Source of the DNA: Pseudomonadota bacterium
Lineage (GTDB): Bacteria > Myxococcota_A > Polyangia > JAAYKL01
Assembly: GCA_023229365.1 (NCBI GenBank)
Contig: JALNZK010000017.1
Coordinates: 1,393 to 65,392, forward strand
Direction: 5' to 3'
Length of the DNA: 64,000 nucleotides
The notes beneath the pieces were generated by a model. That model did no database searches, was not told the DNA's origin, and saw nothing but the letters and a program-made list of their open reading frames with translations. Numbering within the stretch: the stretch's first letter is position 1; each line of letters starts with the position of its first letter. This document shows, piece after piece, positions 1 to 9,498 of this stretch. The translations under genes and the position numbers were made by a program.

Positions 1-2149
1 GCTCCGGGACGCGGCGCGGCTGGAGATCGATCGCGAGGTCGATCTCGAGCGCGGCGCGGTGCGGGCGCGGCTGTGGCTCGAGTTCCCGGGCGGCCGCCCC
101 GTGGGCACGCCCGCCGAGGCGCGGATCCGGCTCAAGGGGGCGAAGGGCGCCGCGCCGGCCGACGTCGCGCTCGCGCTGCCGCGCACGCCCGTCACCTCGG
201 AGCTGCTCGGCGAGCACGAGCTCTTAGGAACGGCGGCGCCGACCGCGGCGATCGTCGACTTCGCCGGCGGCCGCCTCGAGGCGCGGTTCTCGGTGCGCAC
301 GGTGCACGTCCGCACCCTGGCCGAGGCGCGGCGCCTGCTCGCGGCGGCCCCGGCCGGCGCCGCCCCCCGCACGAGCGTCGAGACCGCGGAGTTCCTGATC
401 GACCACGTCGCCGGGCTGATCGAGGCGGGCGAAGAGGACGCGCGCTACCTCGCGGCCGAGGCGGATCGCGCGCTCGGCATGGCGCGGGAGCTCGCGGCGG
501 GTCGCGATCCGAGGGCCGGGGTCCGCGGCGGCATCGCGCGGCTCGGCTACCGCTCCGCGCTCGACGGCCGGCTGCACCCGTACGGCCTCTACGTCCCGCC
601 CGCGTGGCGGGAGGACGGGGAGAGGCGGTTCGGGCTGGTCGTCGCGCTGCACGGGCTGAACAGCTTCCCCCTGAAGACGCTCACGACCCTCTTCGGCGTG
701 CCGCTCGCCGAGGACGAGAGCAAGCTCGAGCGCGAGCGCCGCCCGCTCCCCGTCGGCGCGGCTCCCATGTTCGCGGTGGCGCCCGAGGGGTTCGGCAACT
801 CGAACTACTTCGCGTACGGCGAGCGGGACGCGCTCGACGTGATCGGCCGCGTCGCCGAGCGCTACCGCATCGATCCGGACAGGATCTACGTCACCGGCGC
901 GTCCATGGGGGGCACCGGCGCCGCCTCGCTCCCCCTGCACAACCCGGATCTCTTCGCCGCCGCCGCCCCGCTGTGCGGCTACCACAGCGTGTTCGAATAC
1001 GACTCCGTGCGCGGACAGGCGCTCCGCCCGTGGGAGCGATCGGCCGCCGCCCGCCGCTCCAACGTGAGCTGGGCCGAGAACGGCCGCCACCTCCCGCTCC
1101 ACGTCGTGCACGGCACGCAGGACGCGCCGCGCACCTCGGAGGTGCTCGTGCGGCGGTACGAGCAGCTCGGCTACGAGGTCGCGTTCGAGAAGCCGGACGC
1201 GGGCCACAACGTCTGGGACGAGACGTACGAGGATCGCTGGATCTTCGGCCACTTCAAGCCCCTGAAGCGCGCCTCCCACCCGCGCCGCGTCACGTTCAAG
1301 ACCGGCCGGCTCCGCCACTCGGGCGCGCACTGGCTCCGCGTCGACGACGCCGAGGACTACTCCGCGTTCGCGAAGGCCGACGCGACGTGGCAGGCCGACG
1401 GCGCGATCGCGATCGCGACGGAGAACGCCCGCGCCCTGACCGTGCTCCAAGACGAGATCCTCGCGGCCGGGCGCGACCCGCGGATCGAGATCGACGGCGT
1501 GACCTTCGAACCCGAGCCGCCGACGGACGGCGCGTGGCGATTCCACAAGAGCGCCGGGCGCTGGAGCGCGGGCGCGGAGCCGTGCGCGGCGATCGCGTGC
1601 AAGCGCGCGGGCTCGAGCGGACCCGTCGACGACGTCTGGCACGAGCCGCTCCTGTTCGTCTACGGCACGGCGGACGACGACGAGACGGCGCTCTCGCGCA
1701 GGCTGGCGCAGGCGCTCAGCGTGCCCAGGCCGGGCGTGACCGTGCGCTACCCCGTCGAGGCGGACGTCGAGGTCTCGGCCGCCGACATCGCGAGCCGCTC
1801 GCTCGTGATCGTCGGCACGCCGGCGGGCAACTCCCTCCTCGCGCGGATCGCGGGCGCGCTCCCGATCCGCGCGACCCGGGGCGTCATCGAGGCGGGCGGG
1901 CGGCGGTTCGAGGGGACGAACGTGGCCGCGGCGTTCGTCTTCCCGAACCCGCTCAACCTCGCGCGCTACGTGCTCGTGTACACCGGCGCCTCGAAGGACG
2001 CGCTCTTCTACGCGGACCACCTCCCGGAGCTGCTCCCGGACTGGGTGATCTTCGACGCGTCGACCTGGCAAACCAAGGGCGGCGTCGTGCTCGGCGCGGA
2101 TCGCGACGTGCTCGCGGCGGGGTTCTTCGACAGGGAGTGGCGGATCTAG
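1..2149 (+). CDS. alpha/beta-hydrolase fold esterase/peptidase, 5' partial (frame stays open to window start)
   Basis: ORF track gives 59..2149, but the frame has no stop upstream and GC3 stays high back to nt 2. Carries a GxSxG nucleophile motif (YVTGASMGG) and downstream His/Asp-containing segments. Confidence 0.55.
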   Translation, partial: LRDAARLEIDREVDLERGAVRARLWLEFPGGRPVGTPAEARIRLKGAKGAAPADVALALPRTPVTSELLGEHELLGTAAPTAAIVDFAGGRLEARFSVRTVHVRTLAEARRLLAAAPAGAAPRTSVETAEFLIDHVAGLIEAGEEDARYLAAEADRALGMARELAAGRDPRAGVRGGIARLGYRSALDGRLHPYGLYVPPAWREDGERRFGLVVALHGLNSFPLKTLTTLFGVPLAEDESKLERERRPLPVGAAPMFAVAPEGFGNSNYFAYGERDALDVIGRVAERYRIDPDRIYVTGASMGGTGAASLPLHNPDLFAAAAPLCGYHSVFEYDSVRGQALRPWERSAAARRSNVSWAENGRHLPLHVVHGTQDAPRTSEVLVRRYEQLGYEVAFEKPDAGHNVWDETYEDRWIFGHFKPLKRASHPRRVTFKTGRLRHSGAHWLRVDDAEDYSAFAKADATWQADGAIAIATENARALTVLQDEILAAGRDPRIEIDGVTFEPEPPTDGAWRFHKSAGRWSAGAEPCAAIACKRAGSSGPVDDVWHEPLLFVYGTADDDETALSRRLAQALSVPRPGVTVRYPVEADVEVSAADIASRSLVIVGTPAGNSLLARIAGALPIRATRGVIEAGGRRFEGTNVAAAFVFPNPLNLARYVLVYTGASKDALFYADHLPELLPDWVIFDASTWQTKGGVVLGADRDVLAAGFFDREWRI

Positions 2150-2844
2150 AACACGTACCGGAGCTCGATGCCGACGTGGTGCAGGAACGGCAGGTCGTGC
2201 TGGTCGAAGTCGTAGTCGTCCACCTCTTCGCAGTCGCCGTCGCCCTCGACCTCGTGGCAGTAAGTGGGCCAGTACACGAGCCCGGCGCGGTAGTACGGCC
2301 CGAAGCCGAGCCCGGGCGCCTTCGAGAACAGGTAGACGGTCGCGCCGGTGCGCAGCTCGAAGTCGACCCCCATGAGCGTCTCCTTCACCAGCTGGTCGTT
2401 CTCGGTGTCGAGCTCCCCGCGGAACCTGAGGAACGCGAAGCCGATGCCGAAGCCCGCGTACGCCTCGAGCCAGCCGAGGATCGGGACGTGGAACTCGGCG
2501 CCGCCGACCGTGCGGAAGAGGAACCCGCGGTCGTGGTCGTAGTGATCCCGCGACGAGGGCAGCAGCGCGGTGCTCAGGTCGAAGAAGATGACGAGGTTCG
2601 GGATGACCCGGAACTGGAAGCCGACGATGCCGTCCAGCGAGCCAAACAGGCGCGAGTCCCACGCGTGGTGGTCGTTGCAGAAGTCGTCTTCGCCGCACGC
2701 CACGCCGCCGATGGCGGCGTACAGCCCCGGCCCGACGCGCCCCTTCCAAGGCGCGCCGCCGTCGAGCGTCCAGCTGTGTGCCGTGCTCGGCCACGCGCCG
2801 AGAAGCGCAACCGCGATCGCAAGCGCCGCAACGATTGATCGCAT
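2146..2844 (-). CDS. outer-membrane beta-barrel-like protein with signal peptide and C-terminal aromatic residue
   Basis: N-terminal signal peptide (MRSIVAALAIAVALLGAWPSTAHS) and alternating hydrophobic pattern. Ends ...ELRYVF. GGAGG Shine-Dalgarno 6 nt before the ATG at 2844. Confidence 0.5.
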   Translation of the reverse strand: MRSIVAALAIAVALLGAWPSTAHSWTLDGGAPWKGRVGPGLYAAIGGVACGEDDFCNDHHAWDSRLFGSLDGIVGFQFRVIPNLVIFFDLSTALLPSSRDHYDHDRGFLFRTVGGAEFHVPILGWLEAYAGFGIGFAFLRFRGELDTENDQLVKETLMGVDFELRTGATVYLFSKAPGLGFGPYYRAGLVYWPTYCHEVEGDGDCEEVDDYDFDQHDLPFLHHVGIELRYVF

Positions 2845-2952
2845 CACTCACCTCCTCGATGTAGTCGTACCGCTTTCCTTCAAAAAAGAAGAGTCCAATG
2901 CGCGCGATTTCGGGTCGTCTTTCAGTGCCTTCGAATAGTTACAGAGAGGCTG

Positions 2953-3687
2953 CTAGAACTTCATGTTGCCGAGGATGTGATCGAAGCCGCCCTTGCCGCC
3001 CGTGTACGGATCGTTGCCCTTCTTCCCTCCCCCACCCTTCTTCCAGGCCTTGTAGTCCTCCTCGCCCGGGATCGGCAGCGCCTCGTCGACGTGGATCCGG
3101 ATCTTCTTCTCGAAGCTGTACGCCGTCACCGTCGCCTCGGTGTCGCCGACCATGCTCCCGGTCACCGGCATCGCCGAGATGCCCTTCCGCGCCGAGCTCA
3201 CGGCCGTGTCGGCCATCGCAACGTTCTTGGCGAGCACGTCGAACGTGATCTTGGCGTCCTGGATCACCTCCTCGCGGCAGTTCAGGACGTGGCACTTGAT
3301 GGGCGCGCCGGTGCCCACGCGGATGTCGAGCTGGTCCTTGGGCTCGCAAACGAGCTCCTTGGGCAGGCACACGGCGACGAACACCTCTCCCTTGACGCCG
3401 TTGGGCGCCGTGGCGACGATCGCGGTGTCGCCGTTGCCCTTGGGGCTGACCACGCCCGTGGAGGACACGTCCGCTATCGAGGGGCTCTCCGAGGAGAACG
3501 TGAGCGTGCCCGCCTCGGTGATCTCGACGCCCTTGGAGTTGAGCGGCCGCGCCCGGAGCGTCGTCGTGTCCTCGAGCTGACGGAAGTCGATCTTCGTGGG
3601 CTCGATCTCGATCATCTTCACTTCCTGCGCGCAACCGACGCACAAGACGACCATGGCAGCGCCGAGGACCGCACACGTCTTCGTCAT
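2953..3687 (-). CDS. lipoprotein with Ig-like (Big_2-type) domain, hypothetical
   Basis: Lipobox VLCVGC right after an N-terminal hydrophobic segment. GAGAGG Shine-Dalgarno upstream of the ATG. Confidence 0.5.
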   Translation of the reverse strand: MTKTCAVLGAAMVVLCVGCAQEVKMIEIEPTKIDFRQLEDTTTLRARPLNSKGVEITEAGTLTFSSESPSIADVSSTGVVSPKGNGDTAIVATAPNGVKGEVFVAVCLPKELVCEPKDQLDIRVGTGAPIKCHVLNCREEVIQDAKITFDVLAKNVAMADTAVSSARKGISAMPVTGSMVGDTEATVTAYSFEKKIRIHVDEALPIPGEEDYKAWKKGGGGKKGNDPYTGGKGGFDHILGNMKF

Positions 3688-3784
3688 CTCTTGCCTCTCT
3701 GTCGATGGCGTGAAACGCCGTTTGATGATCGCCGCACCATACCACGAAGGCGCGCCGGACGAAAATCGGACGAACTCCCCGCGC

Positions 3785-5749
3785 TCAGGGCAGCAGCGCG
3801 GCGAGCAGGGACGCCGTGCGCCCGTGCCGCGGCGCGGCGGCGCAACCGATCCCGAAGGGGGCCGCGCGGGCCGCGAGCTCCGACTCGGGAACGGGACCGG
3901 CGTCGCCCTGCGGCGACGGCTGCTCGGACAGGAACATCGGCGTCCCCGCGAGCACGACGGTCGACTCGTCGGTGTCGGCGGAGAAGAGGAGGTAGACCTT
4001 CTCGCCGGGCGCGAGCGCGGGCTCCCCGACCGCCGGGAAGCCGAGGGCGGAGGGCGCCCCCTCGAGCGTCAGATCCGCGTCCACCTCGAACTCGGGATCG
4101 CCCTCGGGGACGGCGTCGGGATCGAGCCAGGTCACCGCGACCGGCTTTCCGCGAGAGACGTGGATGCGGTACCCGGGCGCGACGTCCTCGGGGTACAGCC
4201 ACTCGACGTCGAGGTGGAACGCGGCCGCGTCGTCGGGCGCGGTGAGCACCCACTGCACGCCGAACGGCCGGTCGCGCTCGCCCGTCTTGGCCCGCCCGTA
4301 GCCGTAGACGCCCCGCCGGACGCCGCCCTCGAGCGGCACGAGCCGCTTCGCGCACGCCTCGTCGAGGAGCCCCCGCGCCGCGCCCTCCTCCTCGATGATC
4401 GCCGCCGCGGCGGGGTCGATCGCGAGGACGCCCTCGGCGCCGAGATCCGCCGCCGACGCCGCGAGCGCCGCGACGAGCTCGGCGAACCCCGCCTCCGCGG
4501 GCAAGAAGGGCAGCGTGCGGAACACGACGTGGCTCCACGCCTCGCCGCCTATCCGCTCGCGCACGTCCCAGCCGAACCCGGAGATGATCCGCGCCTCGTA
4601 GTGGCCCTCGCCCGCGAGCGCGTCCGGGCAGACGAGATCGTTGTCCGCGGTCCTGCTCTTCGTGATGTACGCGTTCATGACCGGATCGCCGTTGAACGTC
4701 TGGGTCCAGATGTCGGCGAACCCCTCCTCGATGCCGGTCGGCGAGGTGTCGAGGCCGTACGCGTCGCGCAGGAACCACGCGTGGCCGCGGAGCGAGCGGT
4801 TGATCGCGTGGCCGAACTCGTGGCAGGCGACGTCCGCGTCGTACGCCATGTCGACGACGTCCTGCCCGAAGATGATGTACGGGTCGTTGCTCGAGTTGCC
4901 GCCGTAGTACGCCGCGTTGTACCAGGCCTTCCCGATCTTGACCGCGATCCACGTGTGGCCGGCGGCGCCGAACTGCCCGGTCCACCCGAGCTCGTCCTGC
5001 ATCCAGTCGGCGAAGCGCGTGATGTTGTGGTAGGCGTTCACCTCGGCGAACGGATCGTCGAAGGTGAGCTCGCCGAGCTCCGGCGCGTAGATGAAGTCGC
5101 CCTCCTTGTTCGGGGACGCGAAGGGCGCCGTCGCGGCGCAGTCGGCGGTGTCGAGGCAGCGCTCGACCCGCGCGCGGAGGCCGTAAAGCAAGTCGCCCGG
5201 CTCGTCCAGGTTCGCGAGCTCGACGAGGACGGGAGCCGGGGTCGTGACCGGGTTCTCCCCGAACACGAGCCCGCCCGCCGTCGCGCTCTCGTAGAGCGGC
5301 TCCGAGTGGATCTCCGCGAGGCTCTGCGCATCGTAGAACACGGCCATCGGCTCGCGGAGGAGCGGGCCGCCTCCCGCCTCGACCCGGACCACCGCCGCGA
5401 GGCGTCCGTCCCGTCCGCGCAGCCACCCGGACTCCGCGTGCCGCTCCGCGGCCGAGTCCCGCGGGGCCGCCACGTCGACGGGCGGGATCGCGGGGCACGG
5501 CGAGATCCTGCGGATCGCGCCGTTCGCGTCGAGCTGGACCGCGCACGAGCTCAGGAACACGGGCAGGCCGCGGTACGACGGCCGGTAGATCTCGATCCGC
5601 TGATCGAGGTGCCGGATGATCCGGGGAGCGCCGAGCGAGAACCCCTCGCCGAGGCCGAGCGAGCGCGCCGTGTCGGCCTCGCCCGCAGAAGCGCCCGTCG
5701 CCGCGAGGGCGGCGGCCAGGAGCACGGCAGGTGCGATTCGACGCCTCAC
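3785..5749 (-). CDS. secreted zinc metalloprotease (HExxH, CHEFGHAINR)
   Basis: HEFGH zinc-binding motif with long flanking catalytic-domain-like sequence. A signal peptide (MRRRIAPAVLLAAALAATGASA) follows the GTG at 5749. The ATG at 5917 would put a 56-aa repeat-derived extension before the signal peptide, so the GTG is preferred. Confidence 0.6.
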   Translation of the reverse strand: MRRRIAPAVLLAAALAATGASAGEADTARSLGLGEGFSLGAPRIIRHLDQRIEIYRPSYRGLPVFLSSCAVQLDANGAIRRISPCPAIPPVDVAAPRDSAAERHAESGWLRGRDGRLAAVVRVEAGGGPLLREPMAVFYDAQSLAEIHSEPLYESATAGGLVFGENPVTTPAPVLVELANLDEPGDLLYGLRARVERCLDTADCAATAPFASPNKEGDFIYAPELGELTFDDPFAEVNAYHNITRFADWMQDELGWTGQFGAAGHTWIAVKIGKAWYNAAYYGGNSSNDPYIIFGQDVVDMAYDADVACHEFGHAINRSLRGHAWFLRDAYGLDTSPTGIEEGFADIWTQTFNGDPVMNAYITKSRTADNDLVCPDALAGEGHYEARIISGFGWDVRERIGGEAWSHVVFRTLPFLPAEAGFAELVAALAASAADLGAEGVLAIDPAAAAIIEEEGAARGLLDEACAKRLVPLEGGVRRGVYGYGRAKTGERDRPFGVQWVLTAPDDAAAFHLDVEWLYPEDVAPGYRIHVSRGKPVAVTWLDPDAVPEGDPEFEVDADLTLEGAPSALGFPAVGEPALAPGEKVYLLFSADTDESTVVLAGTPMFLSEQPSPQGDAGPVPESELAARAAPFGIGCAAAPRHGRTASLLAALLP

Positions 5750-5796
5750 GCGGTCAAGATAGCATCGAAACGCCGGCCGGTCACCGACGCCGCAGC

Positions 5797-5889
5797 CCCC
5801 GGCCCTTGGCCCGGCCCCGGCCCTTGGCCCCGGCCCTTGGCCCTTGGCTGGCCCTTGGCCCTGGCCCTTGGCCTGGCCCTTGGCCCTTA
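5797..5889 (-). repeat. tandem repeat, about 9 copies of GGCCCTTGG / CCAAGGGC units, G-quadruplex-prone on the sense strand of the downstream metalloprotease gene
   Basis: Direct reading: ggcccttggcc units repeated. The minus strand reads GGGCCAAGGGCCAGGGCCAAGGG and so on, i.e. four or more G3 tracts with loops of 7 nt or fewer. Confidence 0.7.
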
Positions 5890-6163
5890 GAGATACCAGT
5901 TCTCTTTGCGAAAGCATCTGTGAACGGTTGGAATGATCCAGCGTCGCGGCTATGGAGTCGGCGAGCTGGCCGCGTCGATTCTCTCGAATCGGTCGTTGGA
6001 GTCATACCTCGATCACTGTCCACGGCGACGTAGCCGAAACGAGATTATCACGATCGATTTCTGGACGGATCTGTGCGGCGTCGCGTGCGTGGCAACGCGA
6101 AGAATCGGCGACGTCGGCGCGTTTGAGGCAACGTCACTCGCAATCGGGGTCAGCTGTCGTTGG

Positions 6164-7183
6164 TCACGACGTGTTCGCGCACGCGACCGGGCGCGTGAGA
6201 GGAGGGCGAAAGGTCCCGGGCGGGAACTCGACGTCGAAGATGCCCTGGCGAAACGTGATGCTCGCGGGCACGTAGGCCTTCATCACGTCGCGCACCTTGT
6301 CGCGGTAGGCGTCGCGCTCGGCCCTCGTCGACGCGTGGACGAGCGGCTTGTGACCGCTGGCGCGTGGAGCCTGCGCCCGGTCTCGCGGGTCGAGCTCGAA
6401 GTGTCGCGAGACCGGGCAGAAGGTACGACCTTCGTGCTTCAGTCTGTCGGCGGTTTCCTCCTCGACCGCCTCGACCGCCTTGCGGATGAGCGTCTGCCGT
6501 TTGTGCTCGGGCATCGCGGAGAGGTGCGGCAGCGGCGCGATCTCGAGCTTGCGCCACACCATGAACTGCTTGGGATGCAGCCTCCGGTTGAACGGTCCGC
6601 CCGCCTCCCAGAAACGTTCCCACTCGATGTCGAAGAAGCGCAGCGGTTCGCCGAGTACCTGATGGCGGTATGTCGAAAAGAAAGGCGAGCGGCGGACGCG
6701 ATCGACGAGCCCGTCCTTCACCGGGTTCGTCATCGCGTAGATCAGCTGCTGGAACGCGCTCTCGTCATCGGCGCAAGGCGTGACCCGCGACGGCCCGGCG
6801 TACAGGTGCCCCTCGCGGCCACGCAGTCTGTTCAGGTCGCGGGCGACCTTCGAGTGGAAGTTGCGCCAAAACTCGGGGAGGGCGCCGACGCCTTCGCCGA
6901 TGGCGGACGCCTCCTCGTGCTGGTGCGTGCTCGACAGCTCGAGGGCGTGGAGGTTGACGGGCGAGAGCTCGAGCGCGCGCGCCGCGGCGGCGCCGACGAT
7001 GTTGATGACCGAGGGCACCGGCACGAGCGGGCTTCCGGGATCGAGCGCCTCGGGCGGACAGCCTCGGGCGAGCAGCGGGTGCGCCGGGTCGTGGTTCGGC
7101 GCGAAAGCGAACGTCCGGTCCACGGTCGTCTGCACGACCGAGTAGACGACGCCGGGCTCCAGGATGCGGATGGCGTTGGACAC
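6164..7183 (-). mobile_element. HUH (Y1) tyrosine transposase homolog, RayT/IS200-like, with N-terminal extension (339 aa)
   Basis: C-terminal segment YAMTNPVKDGLVDRVRRSPFFSTY closely matches the RayT catalytic-Tyr region (YIYINPVKHGWV...PFSTF). His-containing segment THQHEE lies upstream. GTG start. GC is about 65% against about 72% for neighbours. Confidence 0.6.
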
Positions 7184-7235
7184 TCTCCTGAATCGGACGT
7201 TTCGCGCAGAGGTTGCAGAAAAAAGAACGTAGGGG

Positions 7236-7262
7236 CAGCGAAAGGCGCGATGCGAGCGAGAA
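7236..7262 (-). terminator. possible stem-loop (GGCGCG ... CGCGCC) downstream of rlmE, followed by T-rich stretch; weak
   Basis: Inverted repeat GGCGCG-N15-CGCGCC directly after the rlmE stop, with a T6 run about 20 nt further on the transcribed strand. Confidence 0.25.
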
Positions 7263-7274
7263 CCCGCGCCGTTG

Positions 7275-7874
7275 CTACTTCCGCCGCAGCCCGACGAGGT
7301 AGATCTCGTAGCTCTCGGAGCGGACGCTCGCCGGGCGGACGACCCGGCACTCCTCGAAGAGCTCGCGCACCTTGCCGCGCGCGGTCTCGAACTCCTCGCC
7401 CTGGAAGATCTTGCCGACGAAGGACCCGCCCGGCCGGCACAGCTCCGCCGCGATCGCGACCGCGCGGCAGAACAGCTCGAACGATCGGCTCTGATCCACG
7501 AAGCGGTGGCCGCTCGTCCGCGGCGCCATGTCCGAGATCACCGCGTCGAACCCCCCTTTGACTCCGGCCGCCGCGAGCAGCGCCGCCGGGTCGATCGCGA
7601 GGGCGTCGGCCTGGACGTAGACGGTGTTCGGCGGTGTTCCGACCGTGAGCGCCGCCCTGTCGACGGCCACGACGCGCCCGCTCGGGCCCACCTTCTGTGA
7701 GGCGTAGAGCGTCCAGGAGCCCGGCGCGGCGCCGAGATCCAGCACCTTGAACCCCGGCTTGAGCAGGCGGACACGCTTGTCGATCTCCTCGAGCTTGTAG
7801 ATCGATCGCGCCGGGTAGCGTTCGGCGCGGGCCTTCTTGGAGTAGTGATCCGCGGTGCGGCGAGGACCGCCCAC
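7275..7874 (-). CDS. rlmE: 23S rRNA (uridine-2'-O)-methyltransferase RlmE/FtsJ
   Basis: VLDLGAAPGSW SAM-binding motif and FtsJ-like overall sequence. GTG start 9 nt after the rplC stop. Confidence 0.85.
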   Translation of the reverse strand: MGGPRRTADHYSKKARAERYPARSIYKLEEIDKRVRLLKPGFKVLDLGAAPGSWTLYASQKVGPSGRVVAVDRAALTVGTPPNTVYVQADALAIDPAALLAAAGVKGGFDAVISDMAPRTSGHRFVDQSRSFELFCRAVAIAAELCRPGGSFVGKIFQGEEFETARGKVRELFEECRVVRPASVRSESYEIYLVGLRRK

Positions 7875-7883
7875 GACCCGCGG

Positions 7884-8540
7884 CTAGCGCTTGCCCTTGA
7901 CGGCTGGTTTGAGCTCGACGACGCTGTTGCGCGACCCGGGCACGGGCCCGCGGACGAAGATGAGGTTGTCCTCCGCGAACACGCGCACGACCTCGACGCT
8001 GAGGACCGTGATGCGCCCCGCCGAGTGGTGACCCGGCATCTTGCGGCCCTTGAAGACGCGGCCCGGGGTCATGTTCGTGCCGAGCGAGCCGCCGTGGCGG
8101 AACACCTCGTGCGCGCCGTGCGTGTCGTTGGCTCCATGGAAGTGGTACGTCTTGAAGACGCCGGCGAAGCCTTTGCCGATGCTCGTCCCGACGACATCGA
8201 TGCGATCGCCGACCTGGAACATGTCGGCCTTGAGCTCCTGCCCGACCTCGAGCCCGGCCGCGGTGTCCGCCGTGAGCTGGAACTCGCGAAGCACGCGCTT
8301 CGGCTTGACGCCGGCCTTGGCGAAGTGGCCCATCTCGGCGCGATTCACCTTGCGCTCCGGCTTGTCGATGAAGCCGAGCTGCACCGCCGTGTAGCCTTCC
8401 TTCTCCTCGGTGCGCTTCTGGACGACCACGCACGGGCCGACTTCGATCGCCGTCGCGCCGACGCGGCTGCCGTCCGGGTTGAACACCTGCGTCATGCCGA
8501 TCTTCTTGCCCAAGAGTCCGAACGCCGAGCTCATCTTCAT
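7884..8540 (-). CDS. rplC: 50S ribosomal protein L3
   Basis: GLLGKKIGMTQVF N-terminus, GKGFAGVFK and the rest align along the whole length with bacterial L3. Confidence 0.9.
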   Translation of the reverse strand: MKMSSAFGLLGKKIGMTQVFNPDGSRVGATAIEVGPCVVVQKRTEEKEGYTAVQLGFIDKPERKVNRAEMGHFAKAGVKPKRVLREFQLTADTAAGLEVGQELKADMFQVGDRIDVVGTSIGKGFAGVFKTYHFHGANDTHGAHEVFRHGGSLGTNMTPGRVFKGRKMPGHHSAGRITVLSVEVVRVFAEDNLIFVRGPVPGSRNSVVELKPAVKGKR

Positions 8541-8594
8541 GCTCCAATCGAGGATGCGGCGCGCGGGGGCGCCCCATCGGAATTCGAGGGGTGC

Positions 8595-8622
8595 AGTGTA
8601 CGGGAATTCCCTTTCGTGTCAA
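8595..8622 (-). promoter_or_regulatory. putative sigma70-type promoter for rplC-rlmE (-35 TTGACA, 16-nt spacer, -10 TACACT)
   Basis: Reverse complement reads TTGACAcgaaagggaattcccgTACACT, about 50 nt upstream of the rplC start. Confidence 0.35.
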
Positions 8623-8640
8623 CTGCCTAATCCCTCGGGA

Positions 8641-9498
8641 TCAGGGCGCGAGGGGGTGCTTGTCGCCGTCGAGCGTGAACCCCTCTCCGAGCACCTCGGT
8701 CGCCACCCCGACGGAGATGAACGCCGCGGGATCCGCCGCGAGGACGAGCCGCTTGGCCCGGCCGAGCTCCGGCCGCCCGACGACCGCGTAGAGGACGGTC
8801 CGCTCCGTGCCCGTATACGCTCCCCGTCCCTGCAGGCGGGTGACGCCGCGGCCGAGATCCTCCATGATCCGGCGCGCGACCTCGTCCGCGCGCTCGGAGA
8901 CGACCAGGATCGTCCGCGCCGAGTACGCGGCGTCCTGCACGAGATCGATGATCCGCGTGCCGACGAACACCGCGACGACCGTGTACATCGCCTGCTCGGG
9001 GCGCAGGAAGACGAGCGACACGCCTATCACGCAGACGTCCGCGAAGAACATCGAGCGGCCGATCTTGAAGCCGAGCTTCTTCTCGAGGATCCGCGCGATG
9101 ATGTCGACCCCGCCGGTCGTGCCGCCGAACCGGAACACGATCCCGAGCCCGACGCCCACGCAGACGCCCGCGACGAGCGCGGCGAGCAGGAGGTCGTCGA
9201 GCGGGAGCCGGAACCGCCCGCCGAGCCAGAGGAACAGCGACAGGCAGCCCGTGCCCCAGATCGTGTACAGGAGCGAGCGCACGCCGAGCACGCGCCAACC
9301 GAGCACGAGGAGCGGCACGTTGATGATCAGGCTCGTCAGGCCCGGATCCCAATTCATCGCGAGCTTGAGGAGGATCGCGACGCCGGTCACGCCGCCCTCC
9401 GCGAGGTTGTTCGCGATGTTGAACGCGTTGATGCCGAAGCCCATGATCGCGGTGCCGGCCGCGATCGCGAGCAGCTCGATGATCTTCACCCTGCGCAT
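8641..9498 (-). CDS. YitT-family membrane protein (DUF161/DUF2179)
   Basis: Multi-pass hydrophobic N-terminal domain plus a C-terminal soluble domain. Characteristic GGTTGGVDII segment. Confidence 0.7.
   Translation of the reverse strand: MRRVKIIELLAIAAGTAIMGFGINAFNIANNLAEGGVTGVAILLKLAMNWDPGLTSLIINVPLLVLGWRVLGVRSLLYTIWGTGCLSLFLWLGGRFRLPLDDLLLAALVAGVCVGVGLGIVFRFGGTTGGVDIIARILEKKLGFKIGRSMFFADVCVIGVSLVFLRPEQAMYTVVAVFVGTRIIDLVQDAAYSARTILVVSERADEVARRIMEDLGRGVTRLQGRGAYTGTERTVLYAVVGRPELGRAKRLVLAADPAAFISVGVATEVLGEGFTLDGDKHPLAP

Noticed and set aside
73-2851. Overlapping 921-aa (+) and 875-aa (-) ORFs covering the first two genes
   Set aside because: Arg/Pro/Gly-rich shadow frames of a 70% GC sequence. 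They are out of frame or antisense to ORFs with clear motifs (GxSxG hydrolase, beta-barrel) and have no start context.
3700-3730. Hairpin GGCGTgaaACGCC followed by GTTTGATG as a terminator
   Set aside because: The stem is only 5 bp and there is no U-tract on the minus strand, where the terminating transcript (metalloprotease gene) runs. At best this is a weak bidirectional pause site.
2977-5890. Long ORFs 2977..4245(+), 3596..5890(+) and 3684..5546(-)
   Set aside because: Antisense or out-of-frame shadows of the lipoprotein and the HExxH metalloprotease genes, with low-complexity R/G/P-rich translations.
5933-8630. ORFs 5933..7561(+), 6832..8622(-) and 7845..8630(+)
   Set aside because: They overlap the transposase, rlmE and rplC genes, which have unambiguous family motifs. 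The translations are low complexity.
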